In this document: positions 1 through 12,230 of the stretch, piece after piece | Layout of the letters: every line of letters begins with the position of its first letter | Position numbering within the stretch: the first letter of the stretch is position 1 | NCBI GenBank assembly: GCA_038087875.1 | Contig: CM076000.1 | Span: 806,001 to 870,000, forward strand | Source: Malacoraja senta | Taxonomy: Eukaryota | Direction: 5' to 3' | DNA length: 64,000 nucleotides | Made by a program: the position numbers and the translations under genes | The notes under the pieces: generated by a model | What the model was told of the DNA's origin: nothing | Database searches by the model: none | The model's input: the letters and a program-made list of their open reading frames with translations, nothing else

Positions 1-419
1 AATGAGCTGTGGTCATTGAGATGGAGCTTAATTGTCGTGCTCATGATCTGTGTTTATCCTTACTGATTGGAAATGGTGCCTCCCATGAATATTCACTTCT
101 ATCAATATGCCATACACACCAGGAACTATCCTTTTGTACGTGTGGTCTCCTGTGGGAAGGGGGGGCAGGGTGGTTGGAAGGATGTACTCTTGTTTTTTTG
201 ACAAAAAATTAGAACAAAGAAGAATTAGAGAGACATAACCTATCCTCAATTGTAAGTAACAACAATAAGAGAAGGAGAAAAAATGATCAAGGACAATCAG
301 TAGCATCTTTTAAAAGAACATTGTCTAATTAAAAGTTTCACTGCAGTTGGAATTAAAAAGATAACAAGGGAAAATTTAATTGGTGCACTAATATTGGTTA
401 TTTGAGGGTGGCATGGGGT

Positions 420-770
420 TAAGAACATAACACAGAACAGTACAACACAGGAACTGTACCGGCCCACAATGTTTGTGCCAAACATGCCAAGTTAAACTGA
501 TTTCATCTACCTGTACATTATCCATATCCCTCTATTCCTCACACTTCCATGTGCCTATCTAAAAACATCTTAAATGCCACTATCGTATCTGCTATCCTGG
601 AAATGAGTTCCTGGCTCCCACCACTCCCCTTATTAAATAACTTGCCCGCACATCTCCATTACACTTTATCCCTCTCACCATATAACCGCCCTCTAGTGTT
701 GGACATTTCCATCCTGGGTAAAAGGTTCTGACTGTCTACCCTGTCTATGCCTCTCATAATTATATATACG
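420..770 (-). mobile_element. decayed CR1-type LINE 3' fragment
   Basis: Resembles the reverse complement of the CR1 3' region seen elsewhere in the window (catatccctcta...ccatgtgcctatctaaa...ctgtctaccctgtctatgcctctcataat); no ORF. Confidence 0.6.
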
Positions 771-1167
771 TTCAAATAAAGTCGGGGTGTTTTGATTATG
801 ACTTCACTCTGTACTTTCACTTGCTTTGTGATTCTGAAGCATTATTGAAGGGATAGGGAAAATATATCATCTTCATTTCCGGTCACTTGTGTATTATTAG
901 ATATTGGCCACCACTGGTTCACAGATGAATGTGATAAACAAAAATATGTTCCTGAAGCAACCAGCACTTTTCAAATGGAAACACTTATAATCACAAAAAA
1001 CAAGCCTGAGGCAAAATGTGGAAAATCAGAAAAAGGGCAATGCAGATATGACTGATTTATTTTCCACTTTTTAAATATTTTCCTCATATTTTACTAGTTA
1101 CCACTTTTGCATGCTGTGGCGCTCTTAAGATTCTGCTAAAGTCCAGATTTATAAAATTCTCATTTCT

Positions 1168-1312
1168 GGTACAGTCCATCACGCAAACCAACCTCCCTTT
1201 CATTGACTCCATCTACACTTCACGCTGCCCCGGCAAGACCACCAGCATCATCAAGGACAAGTCTCACCCCGGCCACTTCATCTTCTCCCCCTCTCTCATC
1301 AGGCAGGAGATT
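1168..1312 (+). mobile_element. Rex-Babar (Rex1-like) LINE C-terminal fragment
   Basis: Translates SITQTNLPFIDSIYTSRCPGKTTSIIKDKSHPGHFIFSPLSSGRR, typical of the Rex1 ORF C-terminus. Confidence 0.7.
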
Positions 1313-1719
1313 ATGGGGTAAGATTTTCCTCCTTGGAATATTGAACATTCTCAGGAAATTGAACCCAGCGCTGTTTTTCCATGTTTTTCTTTCTGGGCTA
1401 AAAATGTACAATGACTTTATGTACTCTTACTATGTACTTTGGGAGTATTTGGGGCAAATCCTGAAGTTGCAGTTTGCATAATAATCCACCAGATGTTAAA
1501 TTGCATAAATTCTGATTCAGCAGCATTATGTTTTGAGCCCATTTAACACATCCATTGGGTTCACGCTCTTAGAAACCAGAATTTCCAAGCAAATGTCACA
1601 ACTCTCCTTTTTCTTGCAAAAACTAAAATTCAATATAAAGTCTGAAATATAATATAAAGGTGAATTTACTATTTTATGTTTATGCGATCAAATGGGTAAA
1701 AATAACTGAATCTATCAGG

Positions 1720-2045
1720 TGGTTTTCAGAGTAAAACACAAAGTGCAGGAGTAACTCAACACGTCAGCCAGCATCTGTGGAGGACATGGGTAGACAACGT
1801 TTGGCGCCTTCCTCAGACTCTCAGAACATGGTGGAAGAGCAGGAATTACAGCGGGCGAGCAGTGAGATAAGGTCTCACAGAACCCCTGTCGGAGAGAGGA
1901 GTGGAACTTCTCCCTAGTAGGCATACTTTGATAAGATTTTGCAGTGGAGCAGTAAAATGTAAACACAAGGAACTGCAGATGCTGAAATCTTGAGTAAAAC
2001 TCAAACTGCTGGAATAACTCAGCAGGTCAGGCAGCATCTGTAGCT
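1720..2045 (-). mobile_element. two decayed Penelope-terminus-like short repeats
   Basis: gaactgcagatgctg...actcagcaggtcaggcagcatct motif shared with the ends of the Penelope fragments at 20632 etc. Confidence 0.55.
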
Positions 2046-2127
2046 TTCAGATCTTGCCTGAGTCTCTCTTCCAATTCTTGGGTTTAGTTTGTTGTTGCAT
2101 TGCTTGCGTAATTTTATTGGTTCACAA

Positions 2128-2430
2128 CCAGTGGCGCAGTGGTAGAGTTGCTGCCATACAGCACCAAAGACCCGGGATCGATCCTGACTTTGGTTTGTAC
2201 ATTCTCCTTGTGATCGCGCGGGTTTCCTCCGGGTGCTCCAGTTCCCCCCCCCCCCCCCCCCACACTCCAGAAACATACAGGTTTGTAGGCTAATTGGCTT
2301 GGTAAAATTGTAAAATGGTCCCTAGTGTGCAGGATAGTGCTAGTGTACAGGGTGATCACTGGTCGGCGCGGACTCGGTGGACCGAAAGGCCTGTTTCCGG
2401 GCTGTATCTCCAAAGTGTAAAGTCTAAAAC
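2128..2430 (+). mobile_element. V-SINE / HE1-like tRNA-derived SINE
   Basis: A-box-like tggcgcagtgg, B-box-like ggatcgatcc, V-core gggtttcctccgggtgctcc, CR1-like tail ggcctgtttc...(aaagtct)n. Confidence 0.8.
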
Positions 2431-3014
2431 CTTTCAAATATTTTATTGATTTATTTTGTGTTCTTTCTTAACTGTGTACAAGAAAATCCTTAAAATATGT
2501 CCTCAAAATGAAGTCAATATTATGTCTCAATGATAGTAGATAGTTAACAGCAAGCATTTCTAGCACAAAGATGTACACAAACGCAACATGCCTTACCTGC
2601 TAGATAGGGCATGCCAGTAAATGGCTCATTAAGCATGTCCTGCCTCTTCTGGACCTATGTGAGGTTCGAAAAATACATGAAGCAATGGTGTAAAGCCAGC
2701 ATGTTTATGTGCTGATGTTTCACAGAATTTGAGAACAACAAGAGTGATCGGTAACAAATTATATGAATTTTCCCAACATACCTGCAACAGAGGTGTCCAA
2801 TTCTTTCTCCATTTTTGACCTTCATAATGTCTTACACAGTCTCATCCTGCCTTGACATAGTTAACTGCATTCTTCAACAGTTACAACCTAATGCCATGCC
2901 ATGTCTCAGAATTCAATGGTCCACCTTGGGGTGGTCTGTTATGGGGTTTGAGTGGGATAGTGGTACTGATTTACCACCAGCTCCACTGTTGGGAAACAAC
3001 ATCTCCTTGAGTGA

Positions 3015-3339
3015 GTTTAGACTTTAGACTTTAGACTTTAGACCAGAGATACAGTGCAGAAATAGGCCCTTTGGCCTACCGATTCCATGCCGACCAGCGA
3101 TCACCCGACACACTAACACTATCCTACACGCTAGGGTCAATTTGCAATTTTACCTAAGCCAATTAACCTACACACCTCTAGGTCTTTGCAGTGTGGGAGG
3201 AAACCAGAGCACCCGAGGAGAGCCCACAGGGTCACAGGGAGAAAGTACAAACTCTGTACAGAAAGCACCCTGAGTCAGGATCTAACCCAGGTCTCTGGCG
3301 CTGTAAAGCAGCAACTCAACCGCTGTGCCACTATGCCGT
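3015..3339 (-). mobile_element. V-SINE / HE1-like SINE
   Basis: (tttagac)n tail on the left; reverse complement of the 2128 copy. Confidence 0.8.
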
Positions 3340-3623
3340 CTTTAAAAAAAAAATGTAGTTTGGATAATAGGTGCTCCTTTCGGTCCTACAAGGGCTTTCC
3401 AATCTCTAGGCTTTTATTCAGTCAATGCCTTCCTTACCTAATGCTGGGTATTTATTTCCAATATATCCTCTTGTTAACTGATGTTAATTCACTGCTTCAA
3501 TACCTAATCTACATGCCAACGTTACACTATTTGATGCCAACCTCTTTATCCCAAATTTCCAGTTGTTTTAGTTGGAATGCCAGCAAGTGGGTGGTACAGA
3601 CAGCTGGTAGGAAAGTCAGGAAA

Positions 3624-3901
3624 GGCAGCACAGTGGTGCAGCGGTAGAGCTGCTGCCTTACACTGCCAGAGACCTGGGTTTGATCCTGACCTGTGACTGT
3701 ATGTGTTTTCTCCGGGTACCCGATTTTCTCCCACATTCCAATGACGTACACGTTTGTAGGTTAATTAGCTTTGGTAAAATTGTAAATTGTCGCTAGTGTA
3801 TAAGATAGTATTAGTGTATGGGGTGGTCACTGGTCGGCGTGGACTTGATAAGCCGAAGAACCTGTTGCCATGCTGTATCTCTAAAGTCTAAAGTCTAAAG
3901 T
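3624..3901 (+). mobile_element. V-SINE / HE1-like SINE
   Basis: ggcagcacagtggtgcagcggtagagc head, V-core, (ctaaagt)n tail. Confidence 0.8.
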
Positions 3902-3949
3902 GAATTGCTAATAGTTGTTAAACATGGCTGATCATCCCTACACCACTCC

Positions 3950-4570
3950 TAGATGTACTGGATGTGTACTTTGCTGTCGACCATCTCTACAGTAGCTTCG
4001 CTGATGAGTGCAGGATTGTGTTCACCCACCCTCACCAACCCCCGCTTCCTTGGGTCAACAACCAATTCTTTCATCTTACTGACATGATGAGCCAGATTGT
4101 TGTTCTGACACCATAACACAAAGTTCCTACACTTTGTTTCATCATTGTTGATCCAGCTGATCACCAGTGAACCTAAACATTGAGTTAGCATTGTACCTGG
4201 CCAGTAGTCTGGCACCAGTTGTATGGTGCCTCTTGCATGTGGGATCGAACAGTAGACTATTTCTGTATAATTTGCTAATCGGGCCTGTGCTCAGATATGG
4301 CAAAGCTCTACTGGACTGTTTGTAAGAAAATAATTTCACTGAGTATTTGCACTTCACACATGTGTCAATAAAAATAAAATTGAACCACTAATCATGGGTG
4401 TTTAGGGATAGAGCATGGGTCTCTGAGCACACATCCCTGAGGTGCAACAGTGTTGAGGGTCAGGGTGGGGAAATATTACAACCAATTCTAACTGCCAGTT
4501 GCGGATGGAGGCCCCAAGGCCCAGAAGTTTAAGGATGAGCTTATTCAGTATTGTGGTCTTAAAGGCTGAG
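3950..4570 (-). mobile_element. Rex-Babar RT fragment (pseudogenic), interrupted by a short insert at ~4200-4385
   Basis: TLTLNTVAPQGCVL-like motif near 4430-4470 and NNDETK..WCQNNNL..VSKMKELVVD in ORF 3949..4215. Confidence 0.7.
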
Positions 4571-6144
4571 GAAATTTATGCACCATTCTGCAATCCCATT
4601 ATAACACGTATTTTTGTGCATGATTGAATTTTTTAACCCAAGCACCCTTTAATCCTGTTTAGGATTAAAATGTTTGCCTGAAAGATTTTAAAAAAAAACA
4701 CTGATGCATGATACAGAATCATTGCAAAAATAGAAAAAATTCCAGAAAAGCAATTATTTTCCTGGATGGTTTTCACAGCGTCTCTTGTCTCCTTCTTCTG
4801 ATGGTAAATATCCAACCACATTCAGTAATATTTTCCCATTTCATTGTATGTTGACACTGAATTTTCTTCTTGATTTTAGTGGTGTTTTTTTTCCCTAAGT
4901 GACTAAAGTCTTCATTAATGATGCTGCTGCAAATCCTCTTTGCATCGGTTTTCTGGGTTAGAGTCCCTAAGGTAAGCTGCGTAGGAATTCGAGGTGCCAG
5001 TCAGACATATTTTTATCCAAAGAGACTTGAGACCTCATTGCCGTCTAAAGATGAAAGCAGATCACTTAGACCAACGTAACTGCAGCAAACAGCTGCTCCA
5101 TCGAATCACCAGTTAGATCATTGGTAAAGTCTAGTGTATTACAGTGTTTTTGCCTCCTGACTTTTTTGCTACAATCATTTAGTTTGTGGTCGTATGGTGA
5201 TGTAGAAGTTGAATGAAACTCTTTGTCGGGTTAACTCGGGTAGTCAGCCTAATGAAGTTGAAGTTGATGAAGATTCAATATCAATACATTCTCTGAATGT
5301 AGGCTTTTTTTTTTTACCAGGTCTCCTAAGCTTTCTTTCTTCATCAAATGCTCTAGCAGTAGCTTCTTTTAGGGCAATATTTTGTTGATATCAGGTTTGG
5401 TCTTTTGCTGTTCAGATCTACTGGAGTTGTGGCTTCCTTTTTCTTTGGAAATTATGATTTGATTTGTCAAACTGAATTCAGCCCCAAAAGATATTACTCC
5501 TGTCATTCTGATTTGCTTGCTTTGTTTTTTTATTCTCTGGGAGCCAACCTTTTGTTTCCTGCTTTAATGTCCACGTCACCTATACTTTTCCTCCAGAGAT
5601 GCTGCCTGATCTGCTAACTTTGCATCTATCTTTGGTATAAACCAGCATCTGCACTTCTTTGTTACCACATTTTGGTTTACTCCAGCTGTTTGTTTGCAGC
5701 AGGGGAGAATGAAGGTGATGTGCTTTCTCTTTCTCTATGTAACAATCTATTGTGTCTTAAAATCCTTACCACTGCTGAGTAAAAGTATCGAAGCGGCATT
5801 CCAGATCTTCTTCTTCTTATCGAGTCCACACACAAGATTAGAAGTTGTCCAGCTAGAGCTGAACACACTTTGCGGCATCTGCATACAATGGCGACCGTTT
5901 TGCGCTTCTTGTGCGTGGTGGAGGAAAGATTGGTGAAAACAGGGCCGCAACGTGAACGCTCTTTCCTTATTCCAGATATATGCTGCTTACATCTCCTGTA
6001 AACAGATGTGAAGAAGCCTCAATGATGGGCAGTACTCACATTGTCCTTTTGTGAGGTTGAAGTTGTGGTTTTAGCTGTGGTTAGATTTCAGTAGAGCTAG
6101 ATACTGCACTAACACATTTCCATAGTATGAATTCAATAATGTGG

Positions 6145-6286
6145 ATAGTACAGGTGTAGAGGGCTACGGGCCAAATGCAAGCAGGTGGGACCAGTGCAGC
6201 TGGGACATGGTTGCTGGTGTGGGCAAGTTGGGCCGAAGGGCCTGTTTCCACACTGTAAGACTCTATGATTCTATGATTTTATGATT
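6145..6286 (+). mobile_element. CR1 3' tail
   Basis: gggccgaagggcctgtttcc...(ctatgatt)n terminal repeat. Confidence 0.7.
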
Positions 6287-6817
6287 CAGTAATAGAAACT
6301 TCAGGAAAGAAATGTCACCCACAGTAAGCTGAGATACCAACAACGATATATTTTCTAATGTCGACTCGCGTTATATAATAAAATAATAAAATTAATTCAA
6401 ATGTGGATGACCCAGATGCTGTTTGTATTACTGATAGTCACATTAAGATTGAAGAAATCAGATGTATGGTGCATGGATCGGTGGTGTTCCATTTCCTTCT
6501 GCAACACCATATGAAAACTAAGTTACTCTGATTTAAAAAGCTGACCTTCTCAGGTTCCCGACTACATACTTATTATCGTAATACTTAGCTTGGCAATCTT
6601 TTGAAAATCTGAAACACTCACTTCAAATATATGTTCCCATTTTAAAGCTTCCTTGTTGTACTTATCTGAAGATGAAAACAACCTTGTAAATGTCCACTGC
6701 ATCCCTTGTCACTGACTTTGGAGTCCACGCTCACTCAGCTTCTCAAACAGGATCAAGATTTAGTGTGAGAATTTATTTGTATTATTTTATTATATGAAGC
6801 GAGTCCATAATAGAAAA

Positions 6818-7780
6818 TATACATCAATGATTTGGATGAAGGGATTCAAAGTAACATTAGCAAATTTGAGGATGACACAAAGCTGGGTGGCAGTGAACTG
6901 TGAGGAGGATGCTATGAGAATGCAGGGTGACTTGGACAGGTTGGGGGATTGGGCAGATGCATGGCAGATGAAGTTTAATGCGGATAAATGTGAGGTTATC
7001 CACTTTGGTAGCAAAAACAGGAAGGCAGATTACTATCTAAATGGCGTCAAGTTGGGAAAGGGGGAAGTTCAACGGGATCTGGGGGTCCTTGTACATCAGT
7101 CTATGAAAGTAAGCATGCAGGTACAGCAGGCAGTGAAGAAAGCGAATGGCATGTTGGCCTTTATAACAAGAGGAATCGGATATAGGAGCAAAGAGGTCCT
7201 TCTGTAGTTGTACAGAGCCCTAGTGAGACCACACCTGGAGTAATGTCCCCTAATTGGTCCCCTAATTTGAGGAAGGACATTCTTGCTGTTGAGGGAGTGC
7301 AGCGTAGGTTTACAAGGTTAATTCCCGGGATGGCGGGACTATCATATGCTGAGAGAATGGAGCAGCTGGGCTTGTACACTCTGGAGTTTAGAAGGATGAG
7401 AGGATATCTCATTGAAACATATAAGATTGTTAAGGGTTTGGACACGCTAGAGGCAGGAAACATGTTCCCGATGTTGGGGGAGTCCAGAACCAGGGGCCAC
7501 AGTTTAAGAATGAGTAAGCCATTTAGAACGGAGACGAGGAAACACTTTTTCTCACAGAGAGTGGTGAGTCTGTGGAATTCTCTGCCTAGAGGGCGGTGGA
7601 GGCAGGTTCTCGGGATGCTTCAAGAGAGAGCTAGATAGGGCTCTTAAAAATAGCGGAGTCAGGGGATATGGGGAGAAGGCAGGAATGGGGTACTGATTGG
7701 GGATGATCAGCCATGATCACATTGAATGGCGGTGCTGGCTCGAAGGGCCGAATGGCCTACTCCTGCACCTATTGTCTATC
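6818..7780 (+). mobile_element. 5'-truncated CR1 (HER1-like) LINE, RT C-terminal half plus 3' UTR, frameshifted
   Basis: ORFs 6794..7207 and 7243..7638: DLDRLGDWADAWQMKFNADKCEVIHFG, DLGVLV, EGVQRRFTRLIPGM, SRTRGHSL; tail ggccgaatggcctactcctgcacctattgtctat. Confidence 0.92.
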
Positions 7781-7856
7781 TCGTTGTTGGTATATTAGTT
7801 GCTGGCATCTCAGCTAACTGGGGGTGAAATTTATTTCCTAATGTTTCTATTACTGG

Positions 7857-8195
7857 ATCATAGAATCATAGAGTTGTACAGCGTGGAAACAGGCCCTTCG
7901 GCCCAACATGCCCACACCTGCCAACATATCCCATCTACACTAGACCCGCCTGCTTGCGTTTGGCGCATATCCCTCTAAACCTGTCATATCCATGTACCTG
8001 TCAAAATATTTCTTGAATGTTGCGATAGTACATGCCTCAACTACCTCCTCCGGCAGCTCGTTCCATACACCCACCACCCTTTGTGTAAAAAAAGTTACCC
8101 CTAAGTTTCCCATTACACCTTTCCCCCCTCACTTTATACCAATGTTCTCTGGCTCTTGGTTCCCCTACTCTGGGCAAAAGATTATGTGCGTTTAT
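7857..8195 (-). mobile_element. CR1 3' fragment
   Basis: (atcataga)n tail on the left, ggaaacaggcccttcggccc, CR1 3' UTR reverse complement. Confidence 0.75.
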
Positions 8196-9435
8196 TCTGT
8201 ATCTTATGTTTTAAACACAAATGTGCAACATGTACCCATCTCATTAATCTTGTAAACAGCCATCTAGATACATTAAAATAATAATGAAGGTTAAATTAGG
8301 ATATCCATCCTTGGCCTCCCTGCTGAGAAACAGTGATAAATCACAAAGATGAAGAATTTCCCTGAGTCATAAATAGACGTCTAGGAAACCATACACAGTA
8401 AATCATCTAAATTGTTCAATTTTACGCCCTCATGTGTCACACAACAAGAGGGACCTGGTTTGTCTCAGCTGAAATGGGTTTATGGGTACAATTTATGCCA
8501 TGTTCATTGATTTCCTGCCACATGCAAAGCTGTCCACTTCCTGTTCCCAAAAGATGTATCTACTGTGCTGTCCCCACTTGAGTTAAAGTACTTAGCAGCG
8601 AAAGCAGCAGCATTTTAGATTTCAATGCGCTGATAGATTGAAATGAGTCTATGCCATTCACCTGGCAGTGTTTTACAAACATGTCATATGCTGTTTGAGG
8701 CAAATTGAGGTAATTGTGGTCACACAATGATTCCCTTTTAGTGTTTAAAATAAAATAATAATCAGAATTCAAACGCAGCTTTTGAACTTAAGAGTGAGTA
8801 TATGTGGCTGATTAATTTCTACTCTGGAAAAATAATGTAACGCATATTGGGAAATTAAAAATCAAATTTTAACTTAGTGACTGTACAACCGAAGTTCTTT
8901 CTGAGAACAAAATATTTTATTTTCCTGTATCCCTTGTTAACTTACTGCCTCTAATTTTACTATTCTGTTATATTAATTAATACTAGATACGAAGGTAAAG
9001 ATGCACAATCTATGCATTGATTATTAAAAGACTATAGTATGAATCCCACCAGTATGATAATTGACAACAATTGATGTTCTTGCATCTTCTCAGACAAAAA
9101 CGAAGTGAGCAAAAGGATAAGAGAATCAGCTCTTCTATAGAAATGCCGATGAATCTTGGTTAGGAGAAACTCTCCTCTACATGTCATTTTCTAGGATTTT
9201 AACCATAAATAATAATGGTTTAATTTCTGACACGGCTCTGCCCTATACATTTCTGCACATCCCACACTCAACACTCTCACATAAACATGCCATCCTGTAA
9301 GATTTTTGATAATTCCACACAAATTATTTGGGAAATATAGTTAATTTTATTCTCGGCTTTCATATATAGTGACTTTTTTTTTAAAGTGTGCCCATGAATG
9401 GTGGTGGTTAATAGATTTTTCTCCAAAGCGTTAAC

Positions 9436-9575
9436 TTCTTCTTCTTGCGTATGGCGTGCACAGCCTAAAGTTGTAGGACAACTTGGTCTATTTGATCTTA
9501 CTTGATTGTGCACGCCAGGTTGATTGCATTCGTCGAAACAGGGCGGACCACGTGAAGGTTGCAATCTTCCACCCC
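9436..9575 (-). mobile_element. 140-bp non-autonomous retroposon with (GAA)n tail and 8-9 bp TSD (Ingi/Vingi-group-like, inferred)
   Basis: Direct repeat agcgttaac at 9427-9435 and 9576-9584; minus strand ends ...cacgccatacgcaagaagaagaa. Confidence 0.85.
9522..9575 (-). ncRNA. minimal HDV-like self-cleaving ribozyme (P4-less nested double pseudoknot)
   Basis: GGGGUGG(P1)-AA-GAUUGCA(P2)-ACC(P3)-UUCACGU(L3)-GGU(P3')-CCGCCCU(P1', G1.U wobble)-GUUUCGA-CGAA(J4/2, catalytic C)-UGCAAUC(P2'); folded by hand, and G1 abuts the TSD. Confidence 0.82.
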
Positions 9576-9829
9576 AGCGTTAACAATAATCAGCTTCACT
9601 ATGAAGCAGTGAATGTAAACGGCAGGTTAGCTTTCTCTGGGTTGACAGGCAGGGCCAGGAAATGCTTTTCCTAAAAGTAAAACTGCAAAATGAAACTCCC
9701 TTGAAGATGACTCCCTTAGCATCATACATTCATTATTTTTGCTTGCTTGTGGAGAAAATTTGTATCGATTGAACAAAGTAACTTTGTAAGCATTGTTTTG
9801 CACGTTAATGTTATTGTTTAAACAAGTAG

Positions 9830-9985
9830 ATTAGTTTAGTTTTAAATTTAGAGGTACAGCATGGAAACAGGCCCTTCGGCCCACTGAGTCCATGCCGACC
9901 ATTGATCATCCGTTCACACTAATTCCATGTTATCCCATGTTCGCATTCACTTCCCTGCACACAAGGTGCAATTTACAAAGGCCAC
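9830..9985 (-). mobile_element. partial SINE/CR1 tail
   Basis: (tttag)n tail followed by ggaaacaggcccttcggcccac. Confidence 0.6.
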
Positions 9986-10394
9986 AAAGGATTATTGTGG
10001 ACTAAAGTGGGTTCTCCACAATCACATTAATTTCCTCCCAAACACTACCTGATCTGTTAAAGAATCCAACTTACAAACACCAAATTACAATGTTCACACC
10101 TGATTACATCCTTGTCCTTTTCAACAATAACACTAATCTCTATCCTAACCTGCCCAACATTGACAACAACATCTCTATCTTTTAAACATTTCAGGTAATG
10201 ACACATATTTTGCTTTCCTTACCATACTTACTATACTCAGCTTTAATATTCACACCAGGATGTTTCTTAACTATATTAAACACAGCCAAACTCCCGCCAC
10301 AAAATACTAATGTAGCTAAGTTCTGACTGATTTACAGAAATTATCATCTACCATTCTGAAGTTGAAGAAAAGCAGATTAAAAGGCAAATTACTG

Positions 10395-10685
10395 ATTTAG
10401 ACTTTAGCTTTGGAGATACAGCTTGGAAACAAGCCCTTTGACCCATTGAGTCCATATCGACCAGCAATCATCCTGTACACAAGCACTATATTACGCACTA
10501 TGGAGAATTTACAACTTACAGAAGCCAATGAACCTACAAACCTTCATGTCTTTGGAGTGTGGGAGGAAACCGGAGCACCCGGATAAAAACCACGTGGTCA
10601 CAGGGAGAACATACAAACTCCGTGCAGACGGCACCCATAGTTAGGATGGAACCTCTGTCGTTGTAAGGCAGCAACTCTACTGCTG
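10395..10685 (-). mobile_element. V-SINE / HE1-like SINE
   Basis: tttagactttag tail; gtgggaggaaaccggagcacccgg is the V-core reverse complement. Confidence 0.78.
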
Positions 10686-10835
10686 GACCTGAATTTGGAT
10701 TACAAGTTTAATTTAGTTTACAAGTTGTTGGGAATGTTCTTCTTCCTATGTTTTGATGTAAAATATGACAATCAAAGTGGAAGCCCTGATGCTTAATTTA
10801 TTATTTTCACGAGACAACAACCATTTGTAGCTTGT

Positions 10836-10963
10836 TTAAGAAGGAACTGCAGATGCTGGAAAATCGAAGGTAGACAAAAATGCTGGAGAAACTCAGCGGG
10901 TGAGGCAGCATCTATGGAGCGAAGGAAATAGGCAACGTTTCAGGCCGAAACCCTTCTTCAGAC
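10836..10963 (-). mobile_element. solo Penelope terminal fragment with minimal hammerhead-like motif
   Basis: Near identical to the ends of the GIY-YIG fragments; minus strand gtCTGAAGAagggtttcggcctGAAACGTT. Confidence 0.7.
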
Positions 10964-12049
10964 GGCTCACTGTTTTGCTAATTACCTAAATCATGCAATT
11001 GTGCAAATAGATACAAAGCTATATGAGTAATGTGCTATAAAAGTATGATGATCAGACACATCATGTATAGTAGTGATTACCTTCAGAGAAACGTAATATT
11101 TCTTACAGCAACACTAAATTTGTGACAGCGAAGTCTCAAGAACATTGGGGGCCTTTGATTTATGACTAACTGGCCCAATTGGCCCAATGGGAACTTTGCA
11201 CTGATGTTGTCACATTTTATTAATTCAACGATGGAATGCGGGTGCAGGTAAGCCCAGCATTTACAGTAATGACCATCAGTGGTTGAGAAGACAGTGGTGA
11301 ACATCTATTTTCAACATTAGCAGTCCATATGGTGAAGGTACTTCTACAGTGCTTCAGAGGTAAGATGTTCCAGATTTGATTCGGCAACAATGAATTCACA
11401 GTAATATATTTCCAAGCTAGGGTGATGTATGACTTGGAGGGAAGTCTATTTGCATGTTTCTGTCTTCTGGACAATTGGGGCCCTGGGTTTTTGTGTGCGC
11501 AGTCAAAGAAGGCTTGCAAGTATGTTAGAATTCATTTTTTAGGTAGCCCTTACTGCAGCCATTGATGAAGTACGATGGATGTTTAGGTTGTAGGGTGAAG
11601 GGCCTATCAGTTAGGTTACATTGTTGTCAGTAGTGCTGGACCTCTTGGGTGCTGTTGGCGCTGCACTCGTCTGGGGAACCGCAGGGAATTCCATTTGATT
11701 TGTGCTTTACAATTAGTGAGATTAGATGAATTATCACTGCCGTATAACCAGTGCTTTGCATGCCCTTGTAGCCATGGTGTTTTTATGACTACTCTTGTGG
11801 AGTTGTTGGTTAATTGTAACCCACGAGATTTTAATACCAGAGGATGGAGAGGTCTGCTCAGCAAAATTACTGTCACGGGGAGACAAATATAATTTTTCTG
11901 GATGGGTTAATCAGTGTCTGTATGAAACAAATATATTCAGCTACATCTCCAAATCATCCAGGTATTTCTCCAGGCTGAGGTAAATTGCTCCTGTACTGGG
12001 GAGTTGTAAATGGAAAAGTAGAGCAACACATCGTAAATTCATAAGTTCA

Positions 12050-12230
12050 TGTCATAGGTGAAGAAACAGGCCATTTGGCCCATCTACTTCACCATTCAAT
12101 CACGGCTGATCTATCTTTCCCTCTCAACCCCATTCTCCTGCCTTCTCCCCATAACGCTTGACATCCTTACTAATCAAGTACTGTATCTGTTAATCTCCGC
12201 CTTAAAAATCCCCAATGACTTGGCCTCCAC
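12050..12230 (-). mobile_element. CR1 3' tail fragment
   Basis: caccattcaatcacggctgatct...ccccattctcctgccttctcccc is the reverse complement of the CR1 3' UTR at 7660-7730. Confidence 0.7.

Noticed and set aside
2128..2200. tRNA gene
   Set aside because: The A/B-box-like head continues into SINE core and tail; no full cloverleaf or acceptor stem
8560..8772. 70-aa minus-strand ORF (ESLCDHNYLNLPQ...) as an exon
   Set aside because: No recognisable domain and weak splice signals
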